This document shows positions 61,253 through 64,000 of a DNA stretch of 64,000 nt, in pieces. The DNA comes from Lama guanicoe (lineage: Eukaryota), in assembly GCA_013239625.1 (NCBI GenBank), contig MU055594.1:20512039-20576038 (forward strand), read 5' to 3'. Below the pieces are notes generated by a model. That model was not told where the DNA came from. It did no database searches and was given only the letters and a program-made list of their open reading frames with translations. A program made the position numbers and the translations under genes. Numbering within the stretch: position 1 is the first letter of the stretch; the number at the start of each line of letters is the position of its first letter.

Positions 61253-62279
61253 GACAATGAGTTTGAAGGGCCACCAAATATAGGATCAAATTTCCATTAG
61301 ACAATTTATTAATTGAGTAGTCATAGACCTTAATCTTTTTGAGCTTCTTCATGTTTAAGACAGTAAAAACTATCTCATAGTGGTGATCTGAGGAATAAAT
61401 GAGATAGAATATGTAAAATTTCCAGCACAGGACTCAACGTTCCTTCTCCAATTCCCTTTCTTGAGAAGATTGTCTTTTATAAATGACTCTAATTAGAGAA
61501 GAAACAGTAGGTTGGGAAGTTTGAAATTTACTCAGAGACATATAGAATTGGGGGCTAAGATGGAAAGGAAACTGCTCACTCTGACATGACGCAGTGTAGT
61601 GTCAAGACATCTGATTTCTGGTCTCAGCTCGGGCCTGAGCCAGCTTTGCACTGGGACAAGTCACTGCACTCGTCTGTATCTGTTTGGGTTTGTTTAAGCC
61701 CCCTGATGTGTAAAATGATAAATGTGGACCATGTGATCTTTCATGAGCCTTTTAACTCCTGACGTTCAAGGATTCTAATTGGCTCCTGTAGTGTACTTTC
61801 TCCTGGCCAAGATGAGTTCAAGCTGCTTAAAGTAGGAAGACAGAGAAATTGAAGGAAGAGTTCTGGGAGGAGGAGGTCCAAGCAGAGGCTGGCAGGTGTG
61901 CAAAGAGCATGAAACACAATTAGCTCCTGTTTCAGAGCTGCCCGTCCAGTTTGGGATTTATCAAGTCACTGGCTTCTCCGCTTTTCTCACTAGCTCTCTG
62001 TCTGGTCTCCTTCAAGCCACTGAATCACTGAGTGGTTATAGAGGGTAGGCTTTGGCCCAGCACTTGCTAAGAGGCAGGATTGCAGATAGAATATCAAGCA
62101 AGTTGTCTGCCTTCCAGAAGCTTCCAATAAAATCAGGTAGATGAGATGAAATGCATGAAAACACATAGGACTAGACTATAGTTTAGTGCCGAGATGTGTG
62201 GCCTGAGCTGTACAGGATAGAAGACAGTAGGATTGTTGAGGGTTTGAGGACTTGGGGCAGGCAGGATGGGGCCTTCCCT

Positions 62280-62520
62280 TACTAATAGTCACCAACATGT
62301 ATTGAACGTTTGCTAAGTATCAGGTACCACGTAAGTCCTTTACATGTGTTATTTCATTTGATCCACACAACAAGCTTTAGGAGTATGTATTATTGGGATC
62401 ATTCCCACTTTACAGATGAGCAAACTGAGGCATATAGAGGTTTTGTAACTTACCAAGGTCACATCCCTAGCCACGATGGAGGCAGGATTTGAACCCAAGT
62501 CTTACGGCTTCATAGTGTAC
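62280..62520 (-). mobile_element. MIR SINE
   Basis: cccactttacagatgagcaaactgaggc...taacttaccaaggtcacatccctag...ggcaggatttgaacccaagtct. Confidence 0.85.
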
Positions 62521-62942
62521 CTGCTCAGCCAATACATAGGAGACAGCCTCACAATAGTTAGTCTTTGGTTGAAGAAGATCCTTTGGATAAATACATACTC
62601 CAGCGCCTCTCATGAGCCCTTCTTTACGCTTTTGTAAGTGATAAGAGCAGCATTAAAAGCCTCTGACAAATGGGCAGAGAAATAGCTTCATTAGCAAGAG
62701 AAAACTGGATTCAGATTAAGCAATATGATTGCATACCCCCCAACTCTCCATCCCACACGCACACCCTGCCTCACCCTTCCAAGAATTTGTAGGGTTTTTT
62801 GGATGTTGGTCTTTGGTGCCCTGTATCCTTCAACTGACCCAAGGAAAAAGGAATTTTTTTTCTCAAGAGGGAATTTTCCTTTCTGATTAAGTCTTTTCAC
62901 TTTTATTCTCCACAGCACTTACTATATATAGTGTTTGAAAAA

Positions 62943-63370
62943 AGATGTCCCAAAGGTCTTAGTGCAATTTAAAACTTTAATACTTTCAGAAGTATATATG
63001 CTATAAACTTTAAAAGCCATTTGACCCAACATTGTAGATCAACCATCCTTCAATTTTTGAAATATAAAAATTTGAAAAAATTTTAGAAAACCATTTGAAA
63101 GTTTAGTTTTTTAACTTTTTTGTACACTACATGTTTTAATGTTTTGAAATAATATTAACTTAATTTAATTTTTTGCCCCTCTAATTGATGTTGGTGAACA
63201 TTGACCAAAACAAAGAAAATTAAAACATTAATCATTTAGAATTCATCAAAATGCATAAAAGTAAAGAAATTGAAGAACCATTTTCAAATGATTTTTTTGT
63301 TGTTTGTAACATAAACACTGTTGAAGTCTTTAAAGCTTAAAACCACATTGAGATTTTGGGGCTACTCTGT
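62943..63370. mobile_element. Non-autonomous DNA transposon with long terminal inverted arms (Tc1/mariner-like MITE), carrying a nested L1 tail
   Basis: 5' arm gtcccaaaggtcttagtgcaatttaaaactttaatactttcagaagt pairs with the reverse complement of the 3' arm (ccccaaaatctcaatgtggttttaagctttaaagacttcaacagt). Confidence 0.65.
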
Positions 63371-64000
63371 TCATTCTGTCTTAGGCTCAACTGAAGTAAC
63401 TTACTTGTATCTGAAATCACTTCTTAAGCAGCATGAACTTTGCTTGAAAAATAATCATTTTACTGAAATATCTAAAATATTTAAAAGCCTAAATTAATCA
63501 ACAATGTGGTTGTCACTCTGTGAGATTTTCAGCCATCTCTCTTCACAGCACTAAAGCTAACATTACATTAAAAATTCATAATGATCAATGCAATGAATAT
63601 TTGTAGCTTAAGGCAGGCTTTTCTAGAACAGATTTATGAATGGTATTGCTTGAAAACCCATCCTTCTCCCATGTCTACTCCTCAAATCAGTTAAACTCTG
63701 TCTTTAATATAGAAATGTTTACTATTTTTAAAAGTAAGGATTGTGAGCGACTTTATTGATTGCTGAATTGGCATTTTATGCAGTTTTTCTCTTAGAAGTG
63801 ATTGCAAAAAGTAGTTTCATTTCAAGGCATTAAATTCCTGTTACTTTAATAAATTAATTGTGTCTGTTTACAAGCAACTAAAAAATAGCTATACCCTAAT
63901 TTCTGTTGCTTTTTTTTCCCAAATTTTCCTGCCGAGTGGGCTGAAGACAGAGAGATTTGCAAGGCAGGGAACAGGATTTAAGGATGGGGAAGCCAGAGGT

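Noticed and set aside
1-64000. CRISPR arrays, operons, snoRNA/miRNA genes, processed pseudogenes or a second gene
   Set aside because: Mammalian intronic/intergenic DNA; none could be supported by eye. An Rfam/miRBase scan would be needed to exclude small RNAs.

Overview
Mammalian genomic DNA. It carries exons 1-5 of TNFRSF21 (death receptor 6, DR6) on the minus strand, its CpG-island promoter (~56.1-57.5 kb) and ~6.5 kb of upstream intergenic sequence. The last coding exon lies beyond position 1. All five exons have canonical GT-AG boundaries and join in one frame (90+649+498+266+229 = 1732 nt; signal peptide, four cysteine-rich domains, transmembrane helix, death domain, Ser/Pro-rich linker). 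The introns are full of repeats. Ten copies of a tRNA-derived SINE resemble the camelid Vic-1 family, suggesting a camel/alpaca-type genome (inference). There are about 15 short 5'-truncated L1 3' ends plus older L1M, L2, MIR, MLT1 and MER-type elements. I see no new multi-gene system. The most notable features are: (1) an apparent L1-mediated 3' transduction at 32390-32796; (2) a dense upstream-ORF arrangement in the 5' UTR, including a TAG-ATG stop-start junction and a spliced 93-aa out-of-frame ORF overlapping the DR6 start; (3) an in-frame ATG in optimal Kozak context at the end of the signal peptide; (4) a possible ancient RTE-X/L4 LINE fossil; and (5) a 13:0 antisense bias of the short L1 ends versus 5:5 for the SINEs. 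Repeat family names and human comparisons are from recall, not from a database search.
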